From the IMG/VR virus record IMGVR_UViG_3300022908_000003, positions 4,054 to 68,053 of that record: DNA of 64,000 bases; one strand, given 5' to 3'. Below, piece by piece: positions 1 through 10,130 of the stretch. The notes beneath the pieces are model-generated. The model saw nothing but the letters and a program-made list of their open reading frames with translations. It had not been told where the DNA came from and ran no database searches. The position numbers and the translations under genes were made by a program. The stretch's first letter is position 1. Every line of letters starts with the position of its first letter. Origin of the DNA: a virus.

Positions 1-6
1 TCCACA

Positions 7-408
7 TTATACATTACTCCTTGCACATTTCTTACACATATTAGTTCCAGCGGGTACTTCTATAAGTTGTTTTACTTTTTCGGTAGGAACTCCACATAGA
101 CATCTACTACTTAGCATACCTTCCCCATAGACTTGTGCAATATGGTATTTATCTGTTGAATTATCTATAAATATCTGGCCTTCACGTGGACGCATCGGTA
201 AAGGAACTGCCGTACCTAGCAACTCTGCACGTCTAAGTTCATCAGATAATTCTAGTATCTGTCTTAGTGGTTTATTCAATCTAACAGATGCAAGATATAC
301 AATTAGTACAGCATCCATAAGTTGCTTTTGGGGTATCCCAAAATCTCTAGCTAATTTAGCAACTTTATCAGATAGTTCTAAGTCAACTTCTACATACGTT
401 TTCATCAT
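7..408 (-). CDS. hypothetical protein, possible ribbon-helix-helix N-terminus and C-terminal Cys cluster
   Basis: 133-aa ORF coupled to the upstream gene. N-term YVEVDLELSDKVAKLARDFGIPQKQLM resembles RHH; C-term has CLCG..CKKC. Confidence 0.5.
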   Translation of the reverse strand: MMKTYVEVDLELSDKVAKLARDFGIPQKQLMDAVLIVYLASVRLNKPLRQILELSDELRRAELLGTAVPLPMRPREGQIFIDNSTDKYHIAQVYGEGMLSSRCLCGVPTEKVKQLIEVPAGTNMCKKCARSNV

Positions 409-824
409 AGATCCCCGTCTCTTATCTTCATTAGTATTCTACCGAGGTGGTTTTCACCTCTGCCGTTAGACATACCCCAAAACCTATCTGCCCAGGAATT
501 AATTTCAACTATATTCTGATCCCCAGTTCTTTCTAACATTATGGTTAGATCATGGTTTTTCTTGAACTTCTGTATCACTAGGTAAGTCATTATATGTAGT
601 TTATCAAGTTCGAAATTTTCAATAAGTTCAACAGTCTTACCTAGTTGCTTGACTTCAGATGGTGTAATATTCTGAAACAACTGCATTTCTTTTTTAGTCT
701 TACATTTTGCTGCTTGATATGCATTTTCTACAGAATAAAATAATAGACCCTTATATTTTATTGGATTGGTTAACACAAAGAAATTAGATAAGAACTTGTA
801 CTTGCCTATAAATGGGCCTATCAT
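405..824 (-). CDS. NADAR (YbiA-like) family protein
   Basis: Hallmark motifs FLSNF, SVENAYQAAK, DRFWG, GENHLGRILMKIR. Confidence 0.9.
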   Translation of the reverse strand: MIGPFIGKYKFLSNFFVLTNPIKYKGLLFYSVENAYQAAKCKTKKEMQLFQNITPSEVKQLGKTVELIENFELDKLHIMTYLVIQKFKKNHDLTIMLERTGDQNIVEINSWADRFWGMSNGRGENHLGRILMKIRDGDL

Positions 825-3098
825 TTAAACCACTCCCTCTGTCGTCTTAACTTGAAGGCGACTAAGTTTCTTTCGAGGCAGTAACTTACGTTCTTCAGGA
901 TAGTACAAAGGAACTCCTTTAACGCTACGATCTGGTTCATTTTCTGCATTTACTACTCTTTCTCCGATAGTAGGAGGTGCTATCTTCTTTACTATTCTTA
1001 TTTTCTTCTGTCTATCTCTAAACTGTACCTTAACCATTCCGTTTATTCTTCGTAAACCAGATGTAGCCCATAGCTTAGAAATATCTGAAGAAGGATAGTA
1101 TTTCATAATAGGCGCGCCTCTCCCAGCAGGATTTTCAAATTTCCTAATGAAGATAACACCTAATTCTTGGAGATCCTCTAACTGATCTCTTAGTGTAGAC
1201 TTAGCTAATGAACAATCATCAGATAGTTCCTGTAATGTTTGTCCAGGACTTTCCATAAGAGAGGCTATAGCTTCTAAATTAAACCCTACACATGTGTCTA
1301 TTGCAACTCTTGAGAGAATACGATACTCAGTTAATCCAATAGACGGAGGGCTATTAATTAGAGAAAGCCCCATCAGGAGTTTCGTTAATTCTTTTGCAAC
1401 TCTTGTGCCTACTTCTTCTTGTGGTCTGTATAGCAGTTTTCTTTCACCTTTGAAATCTCTCTCTACCGTAGCTCTAAGTTTTGCTACGATCTGAGCTAAA
1501 GCAGATATTCTATCAATATCACTATCACTTATCTCAGGTACATCTTCTTCAAAGTTTACATTAACATCAAGGAAAGACCTAGCTATATCAATTAACTCTT
1601 GTCGAATAACTGCACCTTTACCTACAGATTTTATAGCTGCGCGTATAGGGTCACTATGATCTAAGTTGCATCCCTTTATGACATGCATCATAAGGAAACG
1701 TTCTCCAACTACAGAATTTCTTTCAGCATATATTGCTGGAGTAACTCCAGTAACTACATTGAAATGTGCTCTATATCTTCGAGTAATTCCATTGCCAAAA
1801 GGCTTCTCTACTTCCCCGTCATAAGCCCCTCTAAGTGTACCATATATTTCTTCTTTACTTATTCTTGGCATTGATAGAATTTCTGTGAAATCCTTCAGAA
1901 CAAGAGTTTTACCGTCTAGTGTTGGCAGAATACTTGGATCATGCCCCCCACCTTGCACAAACCCGCTCACAAGGGCATGAGGGGTCATTGTAGACATGAA
2001 ATGGCAAGTAAGACAAGCTGATATACTTGTAAGCAAAGCGGTTTTAGCTGCCCCCGGTGGAGCAACAATATGCACCCATAACGGGTCATCTGGAATATTT
2101 GTGGATAACACTACTGCATAAATTACACGTAATGCATCTTCCAGGTCCGGGGTCATTTTAAGGAACTTGCGATAAACCGATAATACAGTTTTGAAGCTAG
2201 GCCGGTTTCCAGATTTAATTGGATTATTTTTAATCTGCTCTTGTTTTGCCTGGGCTTTTTCTTGATCTGATGAATACCTTGCAATAAGGGAAGAGAATTC
2301 TTTAAAATCTGGTTTTTCTTTGGTAATGTATTCACGTATGTCATAACCATCCTGAGTTGTGGCTGGCCATACCAAGTGCAATACCTGTGCAGCACGATCT
2401 TTGATTTTTTCATAAACTCTTGCTTTACCTTTAGTTCCTGGACTATCATTATCATAACACAGTACAACTTTCTTACCTGCTAGATATTCTGTCCATGCAT
2501 CTTGCCAAGTTCCAGCACCAGGAACACCTAAAACAATTCCGGTTTCCGTTTCTCTGGTGAGAAAATCTCTTAAACAAATTTCATCCCATCTTCCCTCGCA
2601 CAAGTAAACAGTATCGCTGTCATTATCTGATAAAGTTTCTAGACCAAACAGTGAAACGCTAATAGAGGGTAAACCCTTTACTTGATCATTTAAATGGTAT
2701 GTTAAAAGATTAATTAAAGCTCCTGCGGTATTCCTTACAGGAAGTATATATCTCCAACCATCATGCACTATTCCTTCTTTACGTAGAAGTTTTACATTCA
2801 TGCCTCTATTGTCTGCAAGCTTCTTCATTGCTTCTGCTTGCAAACCTCTAGTTCTTATCTTCTCTTGGTACCATTCGTTAATAAATGTGTATGTGTTGCC
2901 TTTCTTAAAACATACTTTACATTCCCACATTGCTACAGTGGTTGTATTAAAGTTAATGTAGAGTTTATTCCTTGCACCACAGAACAAGCATTCCCCATAG
3001 GCTTCATTACCTACTACTCGTTCTTCGTGGTAATCAAAGCCAAGAGAACAGAAAGTTCTAAGCTTTAGCGGAACATCATTCTTTGATCTTGGCATCAA
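825..3098 (-). CDS. primase-helicase (Zn finger + TOPRIM + P-loop ATPase + C-terminal winged helix)
   Basis: CLFC..CKVC zinc finger; LCEGRWD and YDNDSPG TOPRIM motifs; Walker A-like APPGAAKT; Walker B-like LVLKDFTE; C-term STLRDQLEDLQELGVI. Confidence 0.8.
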   Translation of the reverse strand: MMPRSKNDVPLKLRTFCSLGFDYHEERVVGNEAYGECLFCGARNKLYINFNTTTVAMWECKVCFKKGNTYTFINEWYQEKIRTRGLQAEAMKKLADNRGMNVKLLRKEGIVHDGWRYILPVRNTAGALINLLTYHLNDQVKGLPSISVSLFGLETLSDNDSDTVYLCEGRWDEICLRDFLTRETETGIVLGVPGAGTWQDAWTEYLAGKKVVLCYDNDSPGTKGKARVYEKIKDRAAQVLHLVWPATTQDGYDIREYITKEKPDFKEFSSLIARYSSDQEKAQAKQEQIKNNPIKSGNRPSFKTVLSVYRKFLKMTPDLEDALRVIYAVVLSTNIPDDPLWVHIVAPPGAAKTALLTSISACLTCHFMSTMTPHALVSGFVQGGGHDPSILPTLDGKTLVLKDFTEILSMPRISKEEIYGTLRGAYDGEVEKPFGNGITRRYRAHFNVVTGVTPAIYAERNSVVGERFLMMHVIKGCNLDHSDPIRAAIKSVGKGAVIRQELIDIARSFLDVNVNFEEDVPEISDSDIDRISALAQIVAKLRATVERDFKGERKLLYRPQEEVGTRVAKELTKLLMGLSLINSPPSIGLTEYRILSRVAIDTCVGFNLEAIASLMESPGQTLQELSDDCSLAKSTLRDQLEDLQELGVIFIRKFENPAGRGAPIMKYYPSSDISKLWATSGLRRINGMVKVQFRDRQKKIRIVKKIAPPTIGERVVNAENEPDRSVKGVPLYYPEERKLLPRKKLSRLQVKTTEGVV

Positions 3099-3619
3099 AC
3101 ATGCTCTTTCCAGATTACTTTATTAAACACGTCAACTAAATAATCTATTACAGGTTCTAGTAACACCTTATCGGCATTTCCTGCTATATTAAGAATTTTT
3201 ATATCGTTCATGACTATCCAAAGGGCAACTTCTTCAATAGGTCTAAGTTCTTCAGCATGTAATATAATATCTAATGATGGCTTGTAATAATCTCTTATTG
3301 CTCTTAGTGTACATAGTTCCCCTGGAGATTGAAAATTATATGCTAGTCTTATTGTACCATCCGAAGTTTGCACGTTCTTTCTGGTACGAGATCTGTAATC
3401 AGGGCAATCGTCTTCAAGGTGATATATTATTTTCTGTGAAGGTCTGCAACCATCCTTAGTTAAATAACCTTTAACAGTATGCCCACCGGTTTTTAAACCT
3501 ACTCTTCTTGCTGCCATAAGCCCAGCTTGATCAACCCCAATTTGCCCTCCAGATATTACAGTTTCTAAATTATTATAGTTCCTTGTTAGAACTGGAGACT
3601 TCTTTATTTTGAACTTCAT
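3095..3619 (-). CDS. SLOG superfamily protein (cpYpsA / putative molybdenum-carrier-like)
   Basis: Motifs VISGGQIGVDQAGL, RTRKNVQTSDGT, LNIAGN. Confidence 0.8.
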   Translation of the reverse strand: MKFKIKKSPVLTRNYNNLETVISGGQIGVDQAGLMAARRVGLKTGGHTVKGYLTKDGCRPSQKIIYHLEDDCPDYRSRTRKNVQTSDGTIRLAYNFQSPGELCTLRAIRDYYKPSLDIILHAEELRPIEEVALWIVMNDIKILNIAGNADKVLLEPVIDYLVDVFNKVIWKEHV

Positions 3620-4065
3620 TTATTAAGCCATTCTATAGGAGGATCTAATATAGCTGTCATAACTTCAAAATGATAGAGATAATTTTCTTTTGTTGCATTT
3701 ATAAAGTTACTAGCAGTGTTGTCAGCATCTTTACCAGAGAAAACTGCAACTGGCTTTGGGTCAATGTCACACATAGCTTCTTGCATAACAACATATACTG
3801 TTTCAGGTTCTCTTTCAATAATCTTAAACACCTTCATTACTTCGTTAAATCTAATAGGTGTTTCGGAAACTAGCTCTCCGTTATTATGAAGTATACTATA
3901 GAGTGCATTTGTATGCGTTGCACCTCCATATTCACCTCTATAATGACTTGCCATCATTGCAGATATTTCACCAGTTCCACCCCAAACTAAATAAGTCTCT
4001 CCTTCTATTAATTCTTTTTCTGACTTAATCTCAACTAAAGTTGGATTTTCTATTAAGTTGCTCAT
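3616..4065 (-). CDS. hypothetical protein
   Basis: 149-aa ORF overlapping the stop/start of its neighbours. Confidence 0.6.
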   Translation of the reverse strand: MSNLIENPTLVEIKSEKELIEGETYLVWGGTGEISAMMASHYRGEYGGATHTNALYSILHNNGELVSETPIRFNEVMKVFKIIEREPETVYVVMQEAMCDIDPKPVAVFSGKDADNTASNFINATKENYLYHFEVMTAILDPPIEWLNK

Positions 4066-4266
4066 GATACCCTCATATAGTAAATTCTACCAATATACTT
4101 AGAGTTATTTGGAGTTCTTATTATAAGAACTTGAATAAAATTTTTCCCTTCGTCTAATCCTTTAAAATAATCTATGGGGTTGGATCTGTGCATGTTTGCT
4201 TCAAATAATTCCCCAACTAAACAGGTGTTAAGACAAGTAGCTGAAGCTTCTATAGTTTCTGCCATC

Positions 4267-4548
4267 TTAGTCAAACTCCTTGAAGAAAATGTACTCAACC
4301 CCCCCGCTTGCCTGGGTTGTCTTTTTTCTGGTGAGAAGACCAAATTTAACAAGCCGGTTTAAGCGTTGAAACATTGTAGTATGCCCTATAACCTCTCCTG
4401 TATTTTTGTAATGGTCTTCTACAATTTCTTTACAGCATTTACCTCGACTAGTCTTAGGCATTACTCTAAATATTTGTTCAAGACGATCTGGAATATCTGT
4501 AGTTCCTCTACCGTCACAACAACGGCACTTTACTTTTACTACGCTCAT
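4267..4548 (-). CDS. small CxxCxGxG + winged-helix DNA-binding protein
   Basis: CRCCDGRG at the N-term; TTMFQRLNRLVKFGLLTRKK resembles a wHTH recognition helix and wing. Confidence 0.55.
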   Translation of the reverse strand: MSVVKVKCRCCDGRGTTDIPDRLEQIFRVMPKTSRGKCCKEIVEDHYKNTGEVIGHTTMFQRLNRLVKFGLLTRKKTTQASGGVEYIFFKEFD

Positions 4549-6800
4549 AGTTCTAATTTATATTCTCCTACTCCCCATGCTTTCTCTGTTACTGTTACTT
4601 CTACTGGCATTGGTACTTTCATTCTCCCTCCGTTGTCTTCCATAATATTTACAATAGCTTTAGCAAAAGAAGGTTTGAAGTTCTTCTTGTCTCTCTCTAT
4701 CTTAAGTTCATCATGGATAGTTAGAATAAGGTATGCTCCATGATTGTTCTTTGGTCCGAGAAACTCGTTGACACGAATTAGGCTATCCTTCATCATATCT
4801 GCTGCTGTTCCCTGGATCTTATACGACACTGCGCGATATGGGAAATCTCGATCTACTCGAAGCTTACGACCATATAAGGTATGAATGTAACCGTTCTTTT
4901 CAGCTTCTTTCTGTAGCTCACCCATATACCTCTTTAGCTCAGGAATTCTAGTATTGTATTCCTTATCGAAGATTTTTGCTTCTTTTAAAGTTGCATAGAT
5001 CAAGTGAGTATATGAACCAGGCCCACCTCCAAATATTTTAGCATAGGTAATATGTTTACATCGCTGTCTTGCTAATTCCTTCTCTACAGATTTTTCTGCT
5101 AATACAATGTCATAATCAAATTGATCAAGCCACCACTCTACAATTTCTAGAACTTCTTTGGCATTTTGACCTTCGCCAAACTGAGCTATTTCAAAAGCCT
5201 TCTTTCTAGACCAATCAATTTCCTTCCAAACTTCCTTTACATGCTCATTAGCAGGTTCTCGAAATAAATCTAGTGCCTGAATGACTGCCTTAAATGCAGC
5301 ATCATTTCCTCTTCCTCCCCAAATTTGGTTAGACATAGCTTTAAATAAATCTTCACCAGAGAAAAGGGCATTTAGCATAACAGGGACTTGTGCAAGTTCT
5401 GCGAAAATCCTACCTTCCTGTTGCGAGAAGTCAAAGCCTAACCAAAGCTTGCCAGGACGCGGTACAAAGACCTTTGTTGAGGAATAAGACGCTGAGAGGC
5501 TTTTCTTTCCTCCTGCGCTTATCTGTTGCCCGTTAAACCCACCTTCACCCCCTCCGCTAAATCGACCGGTACGAGTTCCACATTGATTAAATGACGGGTG
5601 TACCATAAACCTACCTGGACAGGCCGGATCTGGCATTAGAATTTTAGCAAATTTATTGAAGAAAAGACCTAACGTATGTTTAGCTGCACGATACTTTGCA
5701 AGTTCCTGTACAAAAGGAGAATGCATTAGTTCACGTAATGTATCTTTATCGGCAGTTAGTTTCCCGGTCTTTCTATTACGTCGATCGGTTTCAAGACCTA
5801 ACCCACCTTCTTCTGGTGGGAGATATAGTATTCTTAGAAGCTGTCTACTGTCTGCTTTAAATACAGGAGTTTTCCAAGTCTTAGAAACTGTGCCATTCTT
5901 TAGTAATTTAGGCTCATACTTCTCCGGTGGAAACGGCTTCAGGTTTAATTCTTCAATCATGTCTTGCATTTTGTTCATATGCACAAGAACATCACGCTTA
6001 CATTTGATAGTTTCTTCTTTAAGAGATTTGGGGTCTATTCCAATACCGTGAAATTCCATAGTATTTACAATAGGCCATATTTTATTCATTTCCTTCCTAT
6101 AGGTATTGTGTAAACTTTCATCACCAGAGACAATAGGCCAATAGAAGAGAAACAAAGCCATTGTTCTGAAGGTATCAAGCATACAGTATTTCTTGCAGCT
6201 ATCATCATACTGATCAAAATACTTTGGTAGCCAATAATCTTCTTCGGTTTCTTCTCCAAGTTGAATAGTAAGCTGCCCTAAAGCTAATGCTCTTACATTA
6301 TATGATCTTGCATGGTTTCTCCATCGCTTTACAAGATCTTTCAAATCCTTTTCGTCGTCATCAGGAATTTTAAGACGAACTTTAGAAAGCCACTTCAAGC
6401 CATAGTTCATTTCAAGAGTAAATGAAACTCTCGCACAAAATACAGTATCGTGTATATTCAAAATACCAACAAGTTTGACAACATCAATGCCGCATTTTTT
6501 AAGCATTGCGCAGTCAAACTTGGAGTTATGAAATATTACACTGATACCTTTTATTTTCAGAACTGAGATTATGTAACCAACATCTTCTTGGTTTACCGTT
6601 ACTTCTCTGGTGAAAGGATTAACAGGCCATTGGCAATACCATCCATTGCCGTCTTCGTCGCACATTGAAATAGCAAAAGCAGCATCATTACCCCAATGAT
6701 TTAAACCCGTAGTTTCTGTGTCAATTGCAACTAAATTACGGGGATTGAATAAATGATACTCCGACTTTATATGTCTAGTCTTCTTTATTCTTATTTTCAT
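4545..6800 (-). CDS. polA: family A DNA polymerase with 3'-5' exonuclease domain
   Basis: Exo motifs DTETTG, FHNSKFD, YCMLD; pol motifs TRTGRFS, DFSQQEGR (A), RQRCKHITYAKIFG (B), IQGTAAD, TIHDEL (C). Confidence 0.95.
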   Translation of the reverse strand: MKIRIKKTRHIKSEYHLFNPRNLVAIDTETTGLNHWGNDAAFAISMCDEDGNGWYCQWPVNPFTREVTVNQEDVGYIISVLKIKGISVIFHNSKFDCAMLKKCGIDVVKLVGILNIHDTVFCARVSFTLEMNYGLKWLSKVRLKIPDDDEKDLKDLVKRWRNHARSYNVRALALGQLTIQLGEETEEDYWLPKYFDQYDDSCKKYCMLDTFRTMALFLFYWPIVSGDESLHNTYRKEMNKIWPIVNTMEFHGIGIDPKSLKEETIKCKRDVLVHMNKMQDMIEELNLKPFPPEKYEPKLLKNGTVSKTWKTPVFKADSRQLLRILYLPPEEGGLGLETDRRNRKTGKLTADKDTLRELMHSPFVQELAKYRAAKHTLGLFFNKFAKILMPDPACPGRFMVHPSFNQCGTRTGRFSGGGEGGFNGQQISAGGKKSLSASYSSTKVFVPRPGKLWLGFDFSQQEGRIFAELAQVPVMLNALFSGEDLFKAMSNQIWGGRGNDAAFKAVIQALDLFREPANEHVKEVWKEIDWSRKKAFEIAQFGEGQNAKEVLEIVEWWLDQFDYDIVLAEKSVEKELARQRCKHITYAKIFGGGPGSYTHLIYATLKEAKIFDKEYNTRIPELKRYMGELQKEAEKNGYIHTLYGRKLRVDRDFPYRAVSYKIQGTAADMMKDSLIRVNEFLGPKNNHGAYLILTIHDELKIERDKKNFKPSFAKAIVNIMEDNGGRMKVPMPVEVTVTEKAWGVGEYKLEL

Positions 6801-7158
6801 AAACAGTTGAACACCTACTAAGCCTATTAGGATGAATTATTGCCAGAAGAGTATTTGGTAGCAGAAACTTAGACGAACTACATTTTATCTGAGTTGTATC
6901 TAGCAAACCAGAATTAACGATAGCTCTTTTCGCCTTTTCTGCTTGTAACTCTAATTCAGCGAATATCGTTATTATATCCCCTCTGGATCTCACTCCTAAA
7001 AGGAATTCTGCAAATTTACCAGAAATGGTTACAATTTCTCCATTAAAGTCTAAATCTAGACTAGAAGCACTGTCTACACTTAATGGCTCAGGCTGTCTCA
7101 ATTTATCAATAACTTCATCAAATTTTATGAAAGTTTCTCCATTTTCTCTGTAAGTCAT
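6775..7158 (-). CDS. hypothetical protein
   Basis: 127-aa ORF with AAGGAG RBS, in operon context. Confidence 0.6.
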   Translation of the reverse strand: MTYRENGETFIKFDEVIDKLRQPEPLSVDSASSLDLDFNGEIVTISGKFAEFLLGVRSRGDIITIFAELELQAEKAKRAIVNSGLLDTTQIKCSSSKFLLPNTLLAIIHPNRLSRCSTVYENKNKED

Positions 7159-7160
7159 TT

Positions 7161-7502
7161 CTACTCCTTTACTACTTCAGGATGGTGTTTATAGGCTCTA
7201 GCTATTCCTATAAAGATCTCTTCTGAGAATTGTATAATAGTATTTTCTGCTGGCTCAGGATTTTCACCATCAGTAAAAGACTGTATGCAAAGATAGCCTT
7301 CCGTGTCAATTATAACAGATCCGTCATTACTAGTATCTTTAGATTTCCATAACCTCACAGGGCCATCAAAAGTATTTATTGTAGTTAGTAACTCTAACTT
7401 TTCTTCATTAAGCTTTATATGGAATTTTTTACGTTTCCTTTCTGCTGCTCTAGCTTCTTTACGTATTCGTTTTGTTTCTTCACTTAGTTTCTGTTTTGAC
7501 AT
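7161..7502 (-). CDS. hypothetical protein
   Basis: 113-aa ORF in operon context. Confidence 0.6.
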   Translation of the reverse strand: MSKQKLSEETKRIRKEARAAERKRKKFHIKLNEEKLELLTTINTFDGPVRLWKSKDTSNDGSVIIDTEGYLCIQSFTDGENPEPAENTIIQFSEEIFIGIARAYKHHPEVVKE

Positions 7503-7659
7503 ATCGTTTTACTTTCCCATTTGAGTTGGCTATGCGGTTAAAGCATTTTTCACATAGCCCATTATATTGTTTTAAAGCTTTCCTAGGGCAAGGACATTTC
7601 AACGGTGGATTGTACCGGAAGTCTCTTACCCCAGGACAGTACCGAATGTCATTGCCCAT
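7480..7659 (-). CDS. small Cys-rich hypothetical protein (not in ORF track)
   Basis: Manual translation MGNDIRYCPGVRDFRYNPPLKCPCPRKALKQYNGLCEKCFNRIANSNGKVKRYVKTETK (59 aa), preceded by AAGGAAA. Fills the gap between genes. Confidence 0.55.
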   Translation of the reverse strand: MGNDIRYCPGVRDFRYNPPLKCPCPRKALKQYNGLCEKCFNRIANSNGKVKRYVKTETK

Positions 7660-7670
7660 AGAAAATTTCC

Positions 7671-8111
7671 TTATACGGCTAGTTCAATAGAATGAAGTGT
7701 TCCACAAGAGTAGGCTTTTTCTACTGAGCTATTCCGCTCTTTATCTGTAACATCTACTGTTACAAAGTAGCAATTGCCTTCTTCATTAATGTCTGCCCCT
7801 ATAAGTTTACCTTCTAGTTTCTCTCCGTCCACAAACGTTGCTACTACATTTTTCGCAAACATACTAACAACGTTATGCAGGGTAATTTCATTATAAGGTA
7901 ATTGCGGTAACTTCTGTACTATAATGTTGTCAACATAAAGAAAATTAACAGCACCTCCATCCTCTTCATCTTCAATTCCAACATACAACTGTTGTTTTAC
8001 TAATTTACAGGATTGCAAAATCCCTGTTACTTTTGCACTTCCTGTAGCTACTACTCTCTTGCCAATAAAAGAAGCAAAAACTTGCATTAGGTGTGTATCT
8101 ATTTTATACAT
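7671..8111 (-). CDS. hypothetical protein with two Sm/SH3-like beta-barrel repeats
   Basis: Internal repeats FIGKRVVATG..VTGIL and FAKNVVATFVDGEKLEGKL. Confidence 0.55.
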   Translation of the reverse strand: MYKIDTHLMQVFASFIGKRVVATGSAKVTGILQSCKLVKQQLYVGIEDEEDGGAVNFLYVDNIIVQKLPQLPYNEITLHNVVSMFAKNVVATFVDGEKLEGKLIGADINEEGNCYFVTVDVTDKERNSSVEKAYSCGTLHSIELAV

Positions 8112-8121
8112 TTGTTCCCCT

Positions 8122-9666
8122 TTAAATAGGTACTCCTGCGGCTTTCAAATTATTCTCAGCAGCTTGTTGTGCTTTGCTTTGTTCTTCCAAATCACCTATA
8201 GGAATTATAGAAGAAGGATCTACTGCTACAGGTCGCCTTCTAGATCCTCTCATAATCTGAACTACATGCTCAGGATTATTAAAACTCTTATAGTCAATTC
8301 CAGTATACTTACCTTCTATGACTTTATCACCAGAGGAAGGGTACTTCCTTTCGGCAATTACATTCTGTCCTTCAATAGCCTTTAGCTTTTCGTTTTGTTC
8401 TGTTGGTTCTGGATTTGCTATTGTTAGTTCTTCCTTGACTTGCTGAATAACTTCAGGATCTATGCTAACCCCTGTTTCTTTCATTTTATCAACAATAGCA
8501 TCTAGATCTACTTCCGAATAGTAATGATCTATTTCTACAATAGCTTCGTTATGCCAATAAGGATTTCCAACTATATTGTACTGCCAGGTTCCTAGTAAAG
8601 CATTATCCATTGGCATGTCAGAATATCTAATAGCCTGTATCTTGCCGGAAATATCGTAACCTGCCACCTTTACATTGTCATTTAAGTTATGCAGGGGGGC
8701 AGAGATTAGATCGTCTTCGTGAACTGCATCAGGATTATCTCTAGGTAAAGTGTATAACCATCCTTTTGGAACTCCTGTTAAATATAGCCCAACCTCATGT
8801 ACAGGGTATGCCTCTAGAGGATTAATCTTATCAAATATTTTTTTGTGAGGGGTATTTGCCCTAACAACTACTAAATCATTTTCTTGGAACTTACTCTGAT
8901 CCATGTTACGATTTGAAGCATAGGTTATGTTATTAAGACGTTTCTCTATGTACTGTTTAGGATAACCTAACTCTATAAGTTTATCTAAAGTTTCTTTATA
9001 AAGCACACTAGAAACGTTAGTTCGTTCGCCTTGTGTTAGAGGCTGCTCATATGGAGCAGGAGGGTTTACTGCCTGATGCGCTCTTGGCTCACGCAGAGCC
9101 TCTTCTACGGCGGCATAAGGGGTATAGTAGATCCTTGTTACAGGTTCCCATTCAAACTTCTTTGGCGACGCTTCAGATGCGCTGTCAATCCACTTACCTA
9201 CCTGAACATACCACCCGGAAGTAGTATGCTGCAAAACGCAGTTAGGCGCAATTTCTGCAAGTTTTTCAAGTAGGCTATCAAGACCCCCAACATAACTTAC
9301 TGTAGTTCCTTCATGACTTGGATACTTTACAGGGTTAGCAACTTTTGCATTTTCTTCAAGATAAGCGGCTTTCTCACCATCATAACTAGAAGGGAATTGT
9401 AATTGTTTTGATTGTAAATGTACCTCTTCTGCTATCTCTTCTAGATGCGTTTTAGTAAGTCTTTCTACCAGAGAAGATGGCTTTGCAGATTTTGCAATAG
9501 AAGCTAATGTAGGTCCGCTATCCTCTTTTGTCTCAGGATGTACAGTAATCTCTTTACCGTCTAGTTGCAGCTTTAACGGTCTGCTTGCAGTCTTGAAACC
9601 TGCTACATCAGGTACAACTACATTTTGTTCAAATTTTGTGGCAATTCTCTTCTTAATCTTAACCAT
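8122..9666 (-). CDS. hypothetical multidomain protein
   Basis: 514-aa ORF. Confidence 0.7.
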   Translation of the reverse strand: MVKIKKRIATKFEQNVVVPDVAGFKTASRPLKLQLDGKEITVHPETKEDSGPTLASIAKSAKPSSLVERLTKTHLEEIAEEVHLQSKQLQFPSSYDGEKAAYLEENAKVANPVKYPSHEGTTVSYVGGLDSLLEKLAEIAPNCVLQHTTSGWYVQVGKWIDSASEASPKKFEWEPVTRIYYTPYAAVEEALREPRAHQAVNPPAPYEQPLTQGERTNVSSVLYKETLDKLIELGYPKQYIEKRLNNITYASNRNMDQSKFQENDLVVVRANTPHKKIFDKINPLEAYPVHEVGLYLTGVPKGWLYTLPRDNPDAVHEDDLISAPLHNLNDNVKVAGYDISGKIQAIRYSDMPMDNALLGTWQYNIVGNPYWHNEAIVEIDHYYSEVDLDAIVDKMKETGVSIDPEVIQQVKEELTIANPEPTEQNEKLKAIEGQNVIAERKYPSSGDKVIEGKYTGIDYKSFNNPEHVVQIMRGSRRRPVAVDPSSIIPIGDLEEQSKAQQAAENNLKAAGVPI

Positions 9667-10129
9667 TTTTTCTTTCTTTATCCTTTGTTAGTATATCGGT
9701 TGTTTTATTCATAAAGTTTTCAAACTCTTCTTCAGAACCATTAAACATAGTCTGTATTATAAAGAATTTAAATATATCAAATGTCCATGGTTTCATAGCC
9801 TCATTGGTTATGTAACTATTAACTAAATAGGCTAAACATCTTTCTTCGTTCTCTGTAAAAACTGTAGGAACAAAGAGGGTTTCCGTTTTCTCTGGTACAA
9901 GTTCTACTGTATCTCTTTGTATCTCTGTATGTCTTTCTTCTGGTGGCAGATGCCCTGATGTGTCTATTTCTTGCATTGCAACCCACTTTACTACGTACCC
10001 AAAATTATACGTAGTTTTTCCAAGTTCTCCTTGTACTTTAAATCCTTCAGGGTAGAGTGAAGTAGGTACTGACATTGCAATAACTTGCTTGCCTACATAC
10101 TTTTCTAAATCTTTTACAGGAATTGGCAA
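9659..10129 (-). CDS. hypothetical protein
   Basis: 156-aa ORF with TTG start and AGGAG RBS. Confidence 0.6.
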   Translation of the reverse strand: MPIPVKDLEKYVGKQVIAMSVPTSLYPEGFKVQGELGKTTYNFGYVVKWVAMQEIDTSGHLPPEERHTEIQRDTVELVPEKTETLFVPTVFTENEERCLAYLVNSYITNEAMKPWTFDIFKFFIIQTMFNGSEEEFENFMNKTTDILTKDKERKNG

Positions 10130-10130
10130 T

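Noticed and set aside
4062-4352. 96-aa ORF with TTG start
   Set aside because: Its 5' part overlaps the upstream gene. A shorter gene from MAETIE is plausible but unsupported, so it is not listed.
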